A stretch of 64,000 bases of DNA. Origin: a virus (taxonomy: Duplodnaviria; Caudoviricetes). The translations under genes and the position numbers were made by a program. Position 1 is the first letter of the stretch; the number at the start of each line of letters is the position of its first letter. Location: positions 1-64,000 of the IMG/VR virus record IMGVR_UViG_3300020112_000420. The stretch is one strand, 5' to 3'. Below are positions 30,905 through 40,574 of the stretch, in pieces. The notes under the pieces are model-generated. The model was not told the DNA's origin. It was given only the letters and a program-made list of their open reading frames with translations, and did no database searches.

Positions 30905-32467
30905 ATGGCGGAAGAGAACGAGAATGTCGAGACGTTTGACGTGGCGGAAAGCGTCAGGGAGATTGCGCGTATGGCTTTGGATGCGTCCGAAGTCAAGCGT
31001 TCCGTGGCGGATTGCACGGCAAAGGGCGGCCCCGAAAACTGCCCGTACCACCGTCAGTTCATACATAAGGAAGGCGAAGGCGTAGCGTCATACTACAACA
31101 AGAAGAAGATTGTCGAAAAGAACGGCAAGCGCGTCTATATCGACACTGGCGCGTCGGAGAACAGCAAGTTTCTGACAGACAAGGAGAAGAAGGATGGCGT
31201 TCGGAGCGACCCCGAATTTGGAACGAAGATTTACAAGGGCGGAGAGAAGAAGCGCAAGCCACCGAAAGGTGCGCGTTCCATTGGTATTGTGTTGCCCGAA
31301 GCGAAAGCACCCGATGCCACGCCGAACCTTGACAGTTTCAAGAACGTGGAAGAGGTGCGCGTTGCCAAGATAAACGAACTCGCCGCCGACCAAGTGTACG
31401 TCCGTTCTGAAGACCCGATTGCTGGCGTTGAAATCAAGCAGAACGACCGACTGAAGAAAGAGGAGCGCGTCGCCAAGAAAGGCGAGGCGGGTATGCCCGT
31501 CTACAAGTGGACGAAGGGTGGCAAGGAAGTCGAGCCGTCTGAAGCGTTGCGCCTTGAAGCCGCGCTCGGAGAATTGAAGATCGGTGCGGCTCTTTCCGCC
31601 GACAGCGCGGACGTGAGGATTCGCGCCGATATTGCCAACGGGTTCGGGCAGATTGCGCAGTACAAGGACGGCAAGGGGAACGTGAAGTACGGCTATTCGC
31701 AGACGTTCAAGGACGCTTGCGCCATTGAGAAGTGGAAACGCCTTGAAGGTCTTTTCGGACATTACGATGACATTCTCCATAAAATCATGGGCGACTGTCA
31801 GAAGGGGCGCAAGGAGGCGATTATCGCCTACTTCATGTACCGAACGAAGTGCCGCATTGGGTCGAAGAGTAACCCGAAGCCGAACGAAGGGCGCGGGGCG
31901 ACTTCGCTCACGACGGGGAACTTCGCCGTGGATGGTGACGACGTGTTCCGCGTGTCGTTCCCCGCCAAGAACGGCTATTGGCACGTCAGTTGCCAGGACA
32001 AGTTCCTGACGGACTTCATTCGCAAGCGCAAGGAAGAGATACGGGCAAGCGGCGAAGGAATGAACAGCGAGAAGGTGTTTGGCGTTTCCTACGGTAAGGT
32101 CAACGACTATCTCAAAGAAATCAGCCGAGAGTATGTCGGAGGCGACGACAAGTTGGCGTTTCGTCCGCACAATTTCAGGCATTTCGCCGCAACCCGAATC
32201 GCCGTTCAGAAAATGGACGAGTTCGCGGCTGGCGTTGACCCCGAAAAAGACCCGTTGAAGTACCAGACAGCCGTGTGCAAGGCAATCACGGAAGCGGCGA
32301 AGGTACTCAACGATACCCCGAAGGTGGTTTACGAATCCTACGTCATACCGCGTATGCTCTATGCGAAGAATCCGAAGATGATGGTAGGGCAATTCCCGTA
32401 TTTGAGCGAAAAGCGCGGTCTTGAAGGTCTGACAATGGAAGACTTCGACGAGGACGACGACGACTAA
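30905..32467 (+). CDS. Type IB DNA topoisomerase with N-terminal extension
   Basis: QYKDGKGNVKYGY, CRIG(R), GATSL, FPAKNG(K), VNDYL, FRPHNFRH(R), VLNDTP.VVYESYV(Y): bacterial/poxviral TopIB pattern. Confidence 0.8.
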   Translation: MAEENENVETFDVAESVREIARMALDASEVKRSVADCTAKGGPENCPYHRQFIHKEGEGVASYYNKKKIVEKNGKRVYIDTGASENSKFLTDKEKKDGVRSDPEFGTKIYKGGEKKRKPPKGARSIGIVLPEAKAPDATPNLDSFKNVEEVRVAKINELAADQVYVRSEDPIAGVEIKQNDRLKKEERVAKKGEAGMPVYKWTKGGKEVEPSEALRLEAALGELKIGAALSADSADVRIRADIANGFGQIAQYKDGKGNVKYGYSQTFKDACAIEKWKRLEGLFGHYDDILHKIMGDCQKGRKEAIIAYFMYRTKCRIGSKSNPKPNEGRGATSLTTGNFAVDGDDVFRVSFPAKNGYWHVSCQDKFLTDFIRKRKEEIRASGEGMNSEKVFGVSYGKVNDYLKEISREYVGGDDKLAFRPHNFRHFAATRIAVQKMDEFAAGVDPEKDPLKYQTAVCKAITEAAKVLNDTPKVVYESYVIPRMLYAKNPKMMVGQFPYLSEKRGLEGLTMEDFDEDDDD

Positions 32468-32487
32468 TAGCGAAAGGAAACAGCGAA

Positions 32488-32847
32488 ATGGAAAGCAAGG
32501 ACATCATGACACCCGAAGCGTGGGAAGCGAAAAAGCGGGAAATCGTCAGCGATTTCGTCGGCAAGGAACTCGACAGGCTCGACGTGGCGGAAGCGGACGG
32601 CGTTCCGTTCGACGAAGCAGAAGGAGAAGGGAATGCGGATGTGGCGTTCGCGGATTCCGACATGGGCGCATTCATAGAGAAGTACCCAATGGCGGGAGAA
32701 GTTCTCGGCATGTTGGAAAAGGCGGATGGCGGCGAAGGCGGCGATGAAGTCTATGGTGGGAAGGTGGAATCGGACGGGTGCGTTTTCGCCATTACGAAGG
32801 ACGGGGAAAGTCCCGATTGGGACGATGACGAAGACGACGACGAATAG
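32488..32847 (+). CDS. Small very acidic protein
   Basis: Asp/Glu-rich; ends DWDDDEDDDE. Confidence 0.55.
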   Translation: MESKDIMTPEAWEAKKREIVSDFVGKELDRLDVAEADGVPFDEAEGEGNADVAFADSDMGAFIEKYPMAGEVLGMLEKADGGEGGDEVYGGKVESDGCVFAITKDGESPDWDDDEDDDE

Positions 32848-32873
32848 AATACGTTGGAAGCCATTGTAAAACA

Positions 32874-32916
32874 GCCGCCCCGTGCATTTGGTTAGCGTGT
32901 GCGGGGCGGTTTTTTC
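32874..32916 (+). terminator. Rho-independent terminator
   Basis: gccgccccgtgca / tgtgcggggcggt followed by tttttc. Confidence 0.7.
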
Positions 32917-32932
32917 GTCTTGAAAAATTCTT

Positions 32933-33035
32933 AAAATACCCCCTTGACGGTAGAGGCGATATTATGTTATCATAGTGTCGTCAAGAGGGGAAAAGGTTTC
33001 GCATGGTGCGGGACGCCCCGAATGGCGGAAAGTCA
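32933..33035 (+). promoter_or_regulatory. Early promoter P6 with leader
   Basis: aaaataccccc TTGACG(32944) N18 TATCAT(32968); gtcaagagggg; gcatggtgcgggacgccccgaatggcggaa. Confidence 0.75.
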
Positions 33036-33047
33036 AGGAGGTTGGTT

Positions 33048-33419
33048 ATGGCGCAGAAGTTGATTACCAAGGCAATCGAGAACGCGATTAGGAAAACGCC
33101 CTACGGTTCGCAGGACGGGAAGAAGGAGAACGCGAAAGTCATTGCGCGTCTGTTCGGCGGGAGCGTCACGGCGTACATTCTTGAGGGCTATCAGATGCCA
33201 AGCGAAGAATGGGACGGCAACACGGTGTACGGTTTGGTTGACATGGGCTATGGCTTTGAATACGGCCCGTTCAACCTCAACGACTTCAAGCGCGGATATG
33301 CCTACGGGCCGTTTCGTCTGCCTTATGAGCGCGATGCTTATGTCGGCGTTCTAAAGGAAACCATTGGCGATTTGTCGAAGGAAAACAACGAGACCGAGAA
33401 AATGCCGTTCGGAAAATAA
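33048..33419 (+). CDS. DUF2958-like protein
   Basis: KLITKAIE...PYGSQDG...VIARLF...AYILE...YGLVD.G..FEYGPFNL; AAGGAGG SD. Confidence 0.6.
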   Translation: MAQKLITKAIENAIRKTPYGSQDGKKENAKVIARLFGGSVTAYILEGYQMPSEEWDGNTVYGLVDMGYGFEYGPFNLNDFKRGYAYGPFRLPYERDAYVGVLKETIGDLSKENNETEKMPFGK

Positions 33420-33424
33420 CGAGG

Positions 33425-34514
33425 TTGAACATGGGAGCGGAAATCAACAAACTTATCAAAAGCGACGCGCTGACCAACAATCAGCGCGAGACGCTGTATC
33501 GCCGCCTTTGCTTCATTATGACGAAGCGACCGACGATGATACCCCGTTGCTATCTGTGCGACCCGTTCAATGAAATCATCGATGAAAAATTCATTATCTA
33601 TCCGCTGAAAGTGGAGAAGTGGATGAAGCGTCGTGGTCATTGTTTGAAGGAAAACGAGAGCATTAAGGAACTTGTCGAGCGGGTATACGGCAAGGAGGCG
33701 GTCAACATTATGCTCAAACTCATGTGACACGGAGGTAAAGCCATGAAATACATTAAGCCGAAGTTCGGTATACCTTTTGAAGTCGGAAAGCGTTATGCGG
33801 GTTCTTGCGTGTTTGGAATAGGGCGCATTGGCGGTGAGTACGATTTCCTTGACATGCAGATTGATTCGGTCGAGATTCTGCACCGTGACGGCGACGAACT
33901 GACGGTGTGCATTCACAATAACTACCACCCTTCGCTTGGTTGCTGTGTGTGCGAGACGAAACTTGTCACCGTCCATGTTGTCAAGTGCGGAAATAATTGC
34001 GAGTGCATTGGCGATGGCAACGGCGTTTTCTTCTCCAAGTATGAAATAAGCGATAGGGCATGTGATGCTTATGAGCGCAGGCTTCAAGTTTACGCGAGAA
34101 GGTGGCGGGCGAATAAAAGTAAGGAGGCGGCGGCATGAAACTGGGAAATTGTTTCAAAATGACGGGTCGCTATGATAACACGTTGGAGCAGACGGCTCTA
34201 TCCATTGAGCATGACCGCAATTGGTTCATCAATTGGGCAATGGGGCGAGGCATGACCTACAAGCAGGCTTTGCAGAAGTACAAGGAAATGATGACGAAGG
34301 ATGAAAGAAGAAAAAGGAGGTAGGAATGTCGGATTTTCAGATAATTGACCGACTTGAACAATTCTGTCGTGGTCAGGGAAAGTTCAAGTACAACAAGAAC
34401 ATGCGGCGTATCGAAAATGGCGCGGGGCAGTTGATTGACGAATCGTTGCTTGTTTCCATACTGAACGCTGTTTCGGAAAACGCCAAGAAACGGTATGACC
34501 GAAAGGATATGTAG
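33425..34514 (+). CDS. Four hypothetical ORFs (33425-33727, 33743-34138, 34135-34323, 34326-34514)
   Basis: Strong SDs; coupled. Confidence 0.5.
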
Positions 34515-34518
34515 AAAA

Positions 34519-35214
34519 ATGGGGTATTCTTACGCGAAGACGAATATCAACGGATGTTTCTTTGAACTGCACCATAGCGATTGCTTGGAGCAATTGCGCG
34601 GCGAGGTTGGGTTGACGGTTGACTTGGTGATGACGGACATTCCCTATGGGGAAGTGAATCGCAAGACGAACGGTTTGCGCGACCTTGACAAGAAGGCGGC
34701 TGACACCGTTGACTTTGACGTGTGCGAATTGACGAGGTTGCTGTGCGCCAAGACGAAGGGTAGTATTTACATGTTCTGCGGGACGGAGCAAGTGTCGGAC
34801 ATTCGGCGCACAATGGTCGAGTGTGGGCTGTCTACTCGGCTTATCGTGTGGGAAAAGACCAATCCGAGTCCGATGAATGGCGAGTACATTTGGTTGTCGG
34901 GTGTCGAGGTGTGCGTTTTCGGAAAGAAAAGCGGGGCGACGTTCAACGCCCGTTGCCGCAATACCGTCTTGCGATACCCGTGCGGTGAGCGCGACTTGCA
35001 CCCGACGCAGAAACCGCTGTTGCTCATTCAAGACCTCATAGAGGTATCGACGAAGGCGGGCGATGTTGTGTTCGACCCGTTCATGGGAAGCGGAACGACG
35101 GGCGTGGCGTGTGCCAATACGGGGCGTTGCTTCATTGGCATCGAGCGCGACGATGGCTATTACGCGATTTGCGAAAACCGCATCCGCAACGAAACGGAAG
35201 GGCGGCTGTTGTGA
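34519..35214 (+). CDS. DNA amino-methyltransferase (N6/N4 family)
   Basis: VMTDIPYG; HPTQKP; VFDPFMGSGTTGVAC; FIGIE. Confidence 0.9.
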   Translation: MGYSYAKTNINGCFFELHHSDCLEQLRGEVGLTVDLVMTDIPYGEVNRKTNGLRDLDKKAADTVDFDVCELTRLLCAKTKGSIYMFCGTEQVSDIRRTMVECGLSTRLIVWEKTNPSPMNGEYIWLSGVEVCVFGKKSGATFNARCRNTVLRYPCGERDLHPTQKPLLLIQDLIEVSTKAGDVVFDPFMGSGTTGVACANTGRCFIGIERDDGYYAICENRIRNETEGRLL

Positions 35215-35223
35215 TTTAATGCC

Positions 35224-35265
35224 ACAAACCCCATTGACGGCAAATGGGTAGTTGTGATATACTTA
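35224..35265 (+). promoter_or_regulatory. Early-type promoter P7
   Basis: acccca TTGACG(35234) N18 TATACT(35258). Confidence 0.65.
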
Positions 35266-35294
35266 CTCACGGTCAAAAAAAGAAAGGAATCGAA

Positions 35295-35684
35295 ATGGCA
35301 CAAGCAACATTCAACGGGGTCACGGGTGAGATAATCAACATGACCTTGAAATACCATTGGTTCAACCGCATTCTGTCGGGAAAGAAGCATATCGAGTACC
35401 GCGAAGCCAAGGACTATTGGCACAGCCGACTTATCGGACACGACTACAAGTTCATTCGGTTCAGCAAGGGCTATACAAGCACGTCGTTCGTCATCGAGTG
35501 CAAGGGCATCAAGGCGATGCTGATTGACAATCCGAACGTCGGTTCAGAACCAGAAGAGGACGAGAATTACGAGAAGGACTTTACCGAAGGTACGATTGCG
35601 CTGGATTCCGACGAGTTCGACAAGGACATCGTGGCGGAGTATCAGATTAAACTCGGCAAAATCGTCTCGCGCCACTTGTGCTGA
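35295..35684 (+). CDS. ASCH-domain protein
   Basis: LKYHWFNRILSGKKHIEYRE.KDYW.SRL...IRFSKGY. Confidence 0.7.
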   Translation: MAQATFNGVTGEIINMTLKYHWFNRILSGKKHIEYREAKDYWHSRLIGHDYKFIRFSKGYTSTSFVIECKGIKAMLIDNPNVGSEPEEDENYEKDFTEGTIALDSDEFDKDIVAEYQIKLGKIVSRHLC

Positions 35685-35724
35685 AGACGCGCTGATTTTT
35701 TGTTGGAAAGGAGAAAAAGGCAAA

Positions 35725-35988
35725 ATGAGAAAGCAAGACCCGAACACGCATTGTTTCGCCGTGCGCTGTCCGTTGCAAGTCGCGGCGAAAATCGTCACGG
35801 ACGCTGACGAAAAGGGAATCACCGCATCGGCTCTCATCGGAGCGGCGGCGGCTGAAAAGGTGAAGAACGTCAAGGCATCCCCGAAATCGCTGAAATGGGC
35901 GGCGGGTCGTCGTGCCGTGTACGCGGAACGCCGTCGCAAGATGGACGAACTCTACGGCAAGCGTAACAAGGGTGTGCGTAGCAAGTAA
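35725..35988 (+). CDS. Small basic DNA-binding protein (RHH-like)
   Basis: FAVRCPLQVAAKIVTDADEKGITASALI; AAAGGAG SD. Confidence 0.4.
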   Translation: MRKQDPNTHCFAVRCPLQVAAKIVTDADEKGITASALIGAAAAEKVKNVKASPKSLKWAAGRRAVYAERRRKMDELYGKRNKGVRSK

Positions 35989-36088
35989 TAGCGTCACAAA
36001 CGCGCCATTGCATGACGGGTAACGGGATTCTCGTCATTGCAATCCGCGTTCCGAACAAGAAAACAAAAGACAGAAACGGAGAATAATC

Positions 36089-37036
36089 ATGGATAAGGCA
36101 TTGGACGAAGCCGCATGGAAGCAAATGCGGCGTTCGGGCATCGGCGGCTCTGACGTTGGGGCTATCGTCGGCGTGAACAAGTGGCGCACGGCTCTTGACG
36201 TGTTCCTCGACAAGACGGGACAGGCACCGGAAACCGAACCGAACGAGGATATGGAACTCGGTACGGCTCTTGAACCGTATATCGTCAGCCGATACGAAAA
36301 GATAACGGGTCACAAATGCGTCGAACAGCAAGGCATGTGGCGCGATGGCGTGGTTGTCGCCAACGTAGACCGCATCGTTGACATGGGCGACGGCAAGACG
36401 CAGGACGCGCAAGGTCGCATTGTCAGCAAGCGCATTGTCGAATGCAAGACCTCGAACTACGATTGGGAAGACGGCGTTCCCGAATCCTACCAATGCCAGG
36501 TGCAATGGTACATGGGGCCGTTCCCCGAAGTCGAATCGTGCGATGTCGTGGTGTATTTCAAGCACCGAAAGACCGACCGCGTTCAGATTTTCAACGTCAA
36601 GCGCGACGACGACGTGTATGCCGTGCTTCTCAAACGCGCCACGGAGTTTTGGGAGAACTATGTCAAGACGGGCATTATGCCTCCGCCAGAAACGGAGAAG
36701 GACTGCAAATTCCTCTACAAGAAGGGAAAGACGGCAACATCCGTTGAAGCGAATGGGAAGGCGCAGAAGGCATATAACGAATGCAAGAAGTTGGAAGAGC
36801 AAATCGACGCGCTTGAAGAAAAACTCGGCAAGTGCAAGGCGACGATTATGGCGGAAATGAAGGAAAACGAGATTCTGAAGGACAAGAAGGGGAAGGTTCT
36901 TGTCACTTGGAAGAATGACAAGGATTCCGTCAAGGTTGACTTCAAGGCAATCGCCACCGCGTTAAGGGCGGATGACAAGGTTATCGCCCGCTATACGACG
37001 GTCAAGCCAGGTTCGCGCAAGTTCTGCATCAAGTGA
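36089..37036 (+). CDS. YqaJ-like viral recombinase exonuclease
   Basis: RRSGIGGSDVGAIVGVNKWRTALDVFLDKTG, G..LEPYI, ANVDRIV, VECKT, YQCQVQWYM. Confidence 0.9.
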   Translation: MDKALDEAAWKQMRRSGIGGSDVGAIVGVNKWRTALDVFLDKTGQAPETEPNEDMELGTALEPYIVSRYEKITGHKCVEQQGMWRDGVVVANVDRIVDMGDGKTQDAQGRIVSKRIVECKTSNYDWEDGVPESYQCQVQWYMGPFPEVESCDVVVYFKHRKTDRVQIFNVKRDDDVYAVLLKRATEFWENYVKTGIMPPPETEKDCKFLYKKGKTATSVEANGKAQKAYNECKKLEEQIDALEEKLGKCKATIMAEMKENEILKDKKGKVLVTWKNDKDSVKVDFKAIATALRADDKVIARYTTVKPGSRKFCIK

Positions 37037-37103
37037 TTTTTTCACATGGGGCAACGCCACTTATCCCCAGTAAAGGTGTGGCACAAAAAAGGAAAAAAAG
37101 ACC

Positions 37104-38030
37104 ATGAGTAATGAAATGGTTAAAGTCGAGGGTGAACTCACCCAAACGTCCAACGGTTCGGTAGCGGTCGCGCAGTCACGCGCTATGGCGGCTACCATTG
37201 CGAAGATGCAAGTCGCGAAGCAGTTTCCTCGTGACGTGAAGACTGCCATCGCCCGCATTAACAACGAGTGTATGCGCCCGACGCTTGCCGCCGTAGCGAC
37301 GTACACCTACAGCCGTGGCGGTACGGAAATCACAGGGCCGTCGATTCGCCTTGCCGAAGTGCTTGCCCGAAATTGGGGCAATGTTGACGCGGGCATCAAG
37401 GAAATCGAACAGCGCGACGGCGAAAGCACCGTTCTCGCGTACTGCACCGACCTTGAGACCAATTTCCATGACGAGAAGGAGTTTCAGGTCAAGCACATTC
37501 TCTTCAAGAAGAACGGAGGCGCGAAGCGTCTGGTTGACCCCCGCGACATCTACGAGAAGGTCGCCAATGACGGCGCAAGGCGCAAACGCGCCTGCATTCT
37601 CTCGGTCATTCCGAAGGACATCGTTGACATGGCGGTCGAGCAATGCGAAAACACGCTCAAGGCGAACGTCGAAGTCACGAAGGAACGTATCGAAGGAATG
37701 ATTGCCAAGTTCTCCGACTACGACGTGACGACGGAAATGATTGAGAAGCGCATTCAGCGTAGCATTAGCGCGATTACGCCCGCGCAGTTCCTTTGGCTCG
37801 GAAAGGTCTACAACTCGCTGAAGGACGGCATGGGCAAGGTCGAGGACTTCTTTGAGAAGGCGGAAGCGGCTACGACTGAAAATGGCAAGGAAGCGAAGCC
37901 CGAAGGCAAGGCGGCGGAAAACCTCCGTGGCAAACTCGGTCTCGGCGTGAAGGAAGACGACAAGCGCGAAGAGCCGAAGCAAGCGACCAAGGCGGACGCG
38001 CAGAAGGGTGGCGAACTCAACCTCAAGTAA
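37104..38030 (+). CDS. Putative single-strand annealing recombinase partner of YqaJ
   Basis: AKQFPRD, YTYSRGG..ITGPSIRLAE.LARNWGN; position after YqaJ. Confidence 0.6.
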   Translation: MSNEMVKVEGELTQTSNGSVAVAQSRAMAATIAKMQVAKQFPRDVKTAIARINNECMRPTLAAVATYTYSRGGTEITGPSIRLAEVLARNWGNVDAGIKEIEQRDGESTVLAYCTDLETNFHDEKEFQVKHILFKKNGGAKRLVDPRDIYEKVANDGARRKRACILSVIPKDIVDMAVEQCENTLKANVEVTKERIEGMIAKFSDYDVTTEMIEKRIQRSISAITPAQFLWLGKVYNSLKDGMGKVEDFFEKAEAATTENGKEAKPEGKAAENLRGKLGLGVKEDDKREEPKQATKADAQKGGELNLK

Positions 38031-38038
38031 ACAACCCG

Positions 38039-38092
38039 TGGCGTTGGCACGGCACGACTTATCATCGACACGGTTGTGCCAACGCCATTTTT
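38039..38092 (+). terminator. Hairpin/terminator between recombination and replication genes
   Basis: Perfect 12-bp stem tggcgttggcac / gtgccaacgcca followed by ttttt. Confidence 0.55.
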
Positions 38093-38131
38093 CAATTCGG
38101 AAGGAATCACGAAAGGTGGAAAACACAAGCA

Positions 38132-38914
38132 ATGAAAGAGGATGCCATGCGAATGTTTGACACGGAGTTGTTCGGTCAAGAGTGGTTCGGAGAACTTCGC
38201 CCAATCCACAAGTTGCTCTACATCTATCTGCTGATGGCGTGTGACTGCGCGGGTGTCATCGAGGTCAACATGCGTCAGTTGCGGTTTGACTTGAACGTAG
38301 GTAGCAAGGAAAACCCGATTGACGGCATGTATATCGAGAGGGAGGACTTGTTCAAGGCGTTTGGAAAGCGCGTACTTCCCGTCGGCGGCGACGCGCATAC
38401 GGCGACCAAGGCAATCATTCCCGACTTCATACGCTTTCACTATGGCGAGAAGTTGTGCAATGACCACAAGCACCGCATACACCTTGCCGTCGTCAAGCGT
38501 ATCAAGTCCATTGGACTCACCGTTGAAGAGGTCAGCAAGATGTCATCCAAGCCGTTTGCATACGATGACTTCGGAAACGTCAAGGCGAACGTGCTTCTGC
38601 AAGATGAGTTCGGCGGATTGAAGAAGGCGAAGCGCGAGGAGAAATCCGACGCAAAGCCGATGCAGGCGGTTCGTCCTACCGTCGAAGAAGTACGCGCCTA
38701 CTGCGAATCGCGCTCAAACGGCGTTGACCCGCAGGCATGGTACGACTTCTACAGTTCAAATGGGTGGAAGGTCGGCAAGAACCCGATGAAGGACTGGCAA
38801 GCGGCGGTCAGGACATGGGAGAGACGCGACAAGGCGAAGAATACGCCACATCGCGGCGACAACTTCCGTGGCGGAACGTCCGAGCAAATGAAGGAGATGA
38901 GCCGTGTCCTCTGA
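38132..38914 (+). CDS. Phage replication initiator / replisome organiser
   Basis: N-terminal winged-helix-like KLLYIYLLMACDCAGV; C-terminal PTVEEVRAYC...FYSSNGWKVGKNPMKDWQAAVRTWE; precedes the loader. Confidence 0.7.
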   Translation: MKEDAMRMFDTELFGQEWFGELRPIHKLLYIYLLMACDCAGVIEVNMRQLRFDLNVGSKENPIDGMYIEREDLFKAFGKRVLPVGGDAHTATKAIIPDFIRFHYGEKLCNDHKHRIHLAVVKRIKSIGLTVEEVSKMSSKPFAYDDFGNVKANVLLQDEFGGLKKAKREEKSDAKPMQAVRPTVEEVRAYCESRSNGVDPQAWYDFYSSNGWKVGKNPMKDWQAAVRTWERRDKAKNTPHRGDNFRGGTSEQMKEMSRVL

Positions 38915-39542
38915 AAGCGAAGCGAACGCGGGTCTTTTGCCCGTTGGTGCGGCGGGACAAACGCTTATCGACCAAGTAAAGGCGATGCCAGTAGAAGAGA
39001 AAGAGCGTAAACCGCGCATTTCTCCACGCGACTACCTTCTTTCTCGTCTCGCGGCGGCGAACCCGCCGTGGACGAAGGAGGTGGCGGGCGACGACTTCGA
39101 CCTTGCCGTGGATTCGCTTCTCACGGCGAACGAAAAGAAAATAGGTCTCATTGTCAGCGGCGACTATGGTTGCGGAAAGACATCGTTTGTCATGTCATGC
39201 GGTTTCGTCGCGAAGAAGATTGAATGCACCATTCCCGAACGGGTTGAATGCCTCAAGTTCTCCGACTACCAAGACTATGTAAACGAACTGCTGTCACGCA
39301 ACGTCCTGCTCGACGACATTGGGGCGGAGTGCCTTCAAAATGACTTCGGCATCAAGCGCGACTTGGTGGGAGATTTCATTTGCCGATACCACCTCTATGG
39401 CAAGGGGCGGTTGTTCATCACGACCAATCTGCGCGGCGCGGAACTTCTCGACCGATACGGCGGGAGGGTCATGTCGCGCTTGAAAGACTTGTGCTATCCC
39501 GTCCGATTCAACGGCAAGGACAAGCGCAAGTGGGAATTGTAG
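38904..39542 (+). CDS. DnaC/IstB-like AAA+ helicase loader
   Basis: Walker A GDYGCGKT; Walker B LLDDIGAE; ITTNL; RYGGRVMSRL. Confidence 0.8.
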   Translation: MSSESEANAGLLPVGAAGQTLIDQVKAMPVEEKERKPRISPRDYLLSRLAAANPPWTKEVAGDDFDLAVDSLLTANEKKIGLIVSGDYGCGKTSFVMSCGFVAKKIECTIPERVECLKFSDYQDYVNELLSRNVLLDDIGAECLQNDFGIKRDLVGDFICRYHLYGKGRLFITTNLRGAELLDRYGGRVMSRLKDLCYPVRFNGKDKRKWEL

Positions 39543-39575
39543 TCAATCAAACACAAACGAAAGTAGGTTGCAAAA

Positions 39576-39971
39576 ATGGAAGACAAGAAGGAAACAATGT
39601 ACGAGTTCACCTATCGTGGGCGCATTGTCACGATTAGTCCCGTGCAGACGTTCGACAGCGGGTTCAAGAAGCGTGAAATCGTCATCGACAAGGCGGCGGT
39701 GGACGCGAAGTTCCACAACCCTGTGTCGTTCTCGCTCACGAAGGACGACGTGTCGAAGGGCGACTCGCTGAAGGTAGGTCAGACCGTGACTGTCCGTGGT
39801 TTCATCAACGGACGGGAATGGAAAAGTCCGAAGGACGGCAAGGTGAGGTTCTTCAACGACCTCGTAATCTTCGGTAAGATTGATGTCGAAGGCGGTGCGG
39901 CGGTTGACGATGACGCACATGCGGAGGCGACGCTTGCAGAAGCGGATGGAGATGACGAAATGCCGTTTTGA
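39576..39971 (+). CDS. SSB-like OB-fold protein (DUF3127-like)
   Basis: GFKKREIVI, VGQTVTVRGFINGREW, RFFNDL; acidic tail ending DDEMPF. Confidence 0.75.
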   Translation: MEDKKETMYEFTYRGRIVTISPVQTFDSGFKKREIVIDKAAVDAKFHNPVSFSLTKDDVSKGDSLKVGQTVTVRGFINGREWKSPKDGKVRFFNDLVIFGKIDVEGGAAVDDDAHAEATLAEADGDDEMPF

Positions 39972-39978
39972 TTTGCGC

Positions 39979-40025
39979 GGCGGCGGACGTGTCGGGAAGC
40001 GCGTTCGCCGCCTTTTATTTTTTTT
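39979..40025 (+). terminator. Rho-independent terminator
   Basis: ggcggcggacgtg / cgcgttcgccgcc followed by a T-run. Confidence 0.7.
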
Positions 40026-40026
40026 G

Positions 40027-40130
40027 AAAATACCCCCTTGCGGTAGACGCGATAAATATGCTATAATGTGTGCGTCAAGAGGGGAGAGTAGGGAGGCGAA
40101 GTGCTGACCGCCCCGAATGGCGGAAGGGAG
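40027..40130 (+). promoter_or_regulatory. Early promoter P8 with leader
   Basis: aaaataccccc TTGCGG(40038) N18 TATAAT(40062); gtcaagagggg; gtgctgaccgccccgaatggcggaagg. Confidence 0.75.
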
Positions 40131-40136
40131 AACAGC

Positions 40137-40574
40137 ATGTCGATTTGGACGAACAAGGGCGGAAACGAGACGGCGAAGGTAAGTGACTTCAAATGGGCGC
40201 AACTTCTTCGGAACGGAAAGCCGTATTGTATGCGCATTGTTTCATGTGTAAACTATAGCGTGACAATGGAAGATGTTATCAAGCAATACCCGAAGGAATG
40301 CACGATACTTCGGTTTCAAGGCGATTTCTTGGTGTTTCCGTCGGAACACGACTACTTGACTTGGTGCAATGACGAGAAGTAAGGAGGTTTTTTCATGGCT
40401 CTTACTTCGCATGATGGCGTGGAAGTGAAAAAGGGTATGCGCGTGGCGTATTCTGACTACTGCGGTTTTCTTACTATGGGGACGGTGACGGGGTTCAAGT
40501 ACGGATTTGCCGTCGTCAAGTTCGATGATGGGTACTCGCGCATTTGCAATGGTTCTGAAATATACGCAAGGTAA
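40137..40574 (+). CDS. Two small hypothetical ORFs (40137-40382, 40395-40574)
   Basis: SD motifs (AAGGAGG for the second). Confidence 0.55.

Noticed and set aside
30905-32467. Tyrosine integrase, implying a prophage
   Set aside because: Motif spacing and the upstream QYKDGKGNVKYGY segment fit TopIB; no att-like boundary, repressor or host genes are seen in the window.
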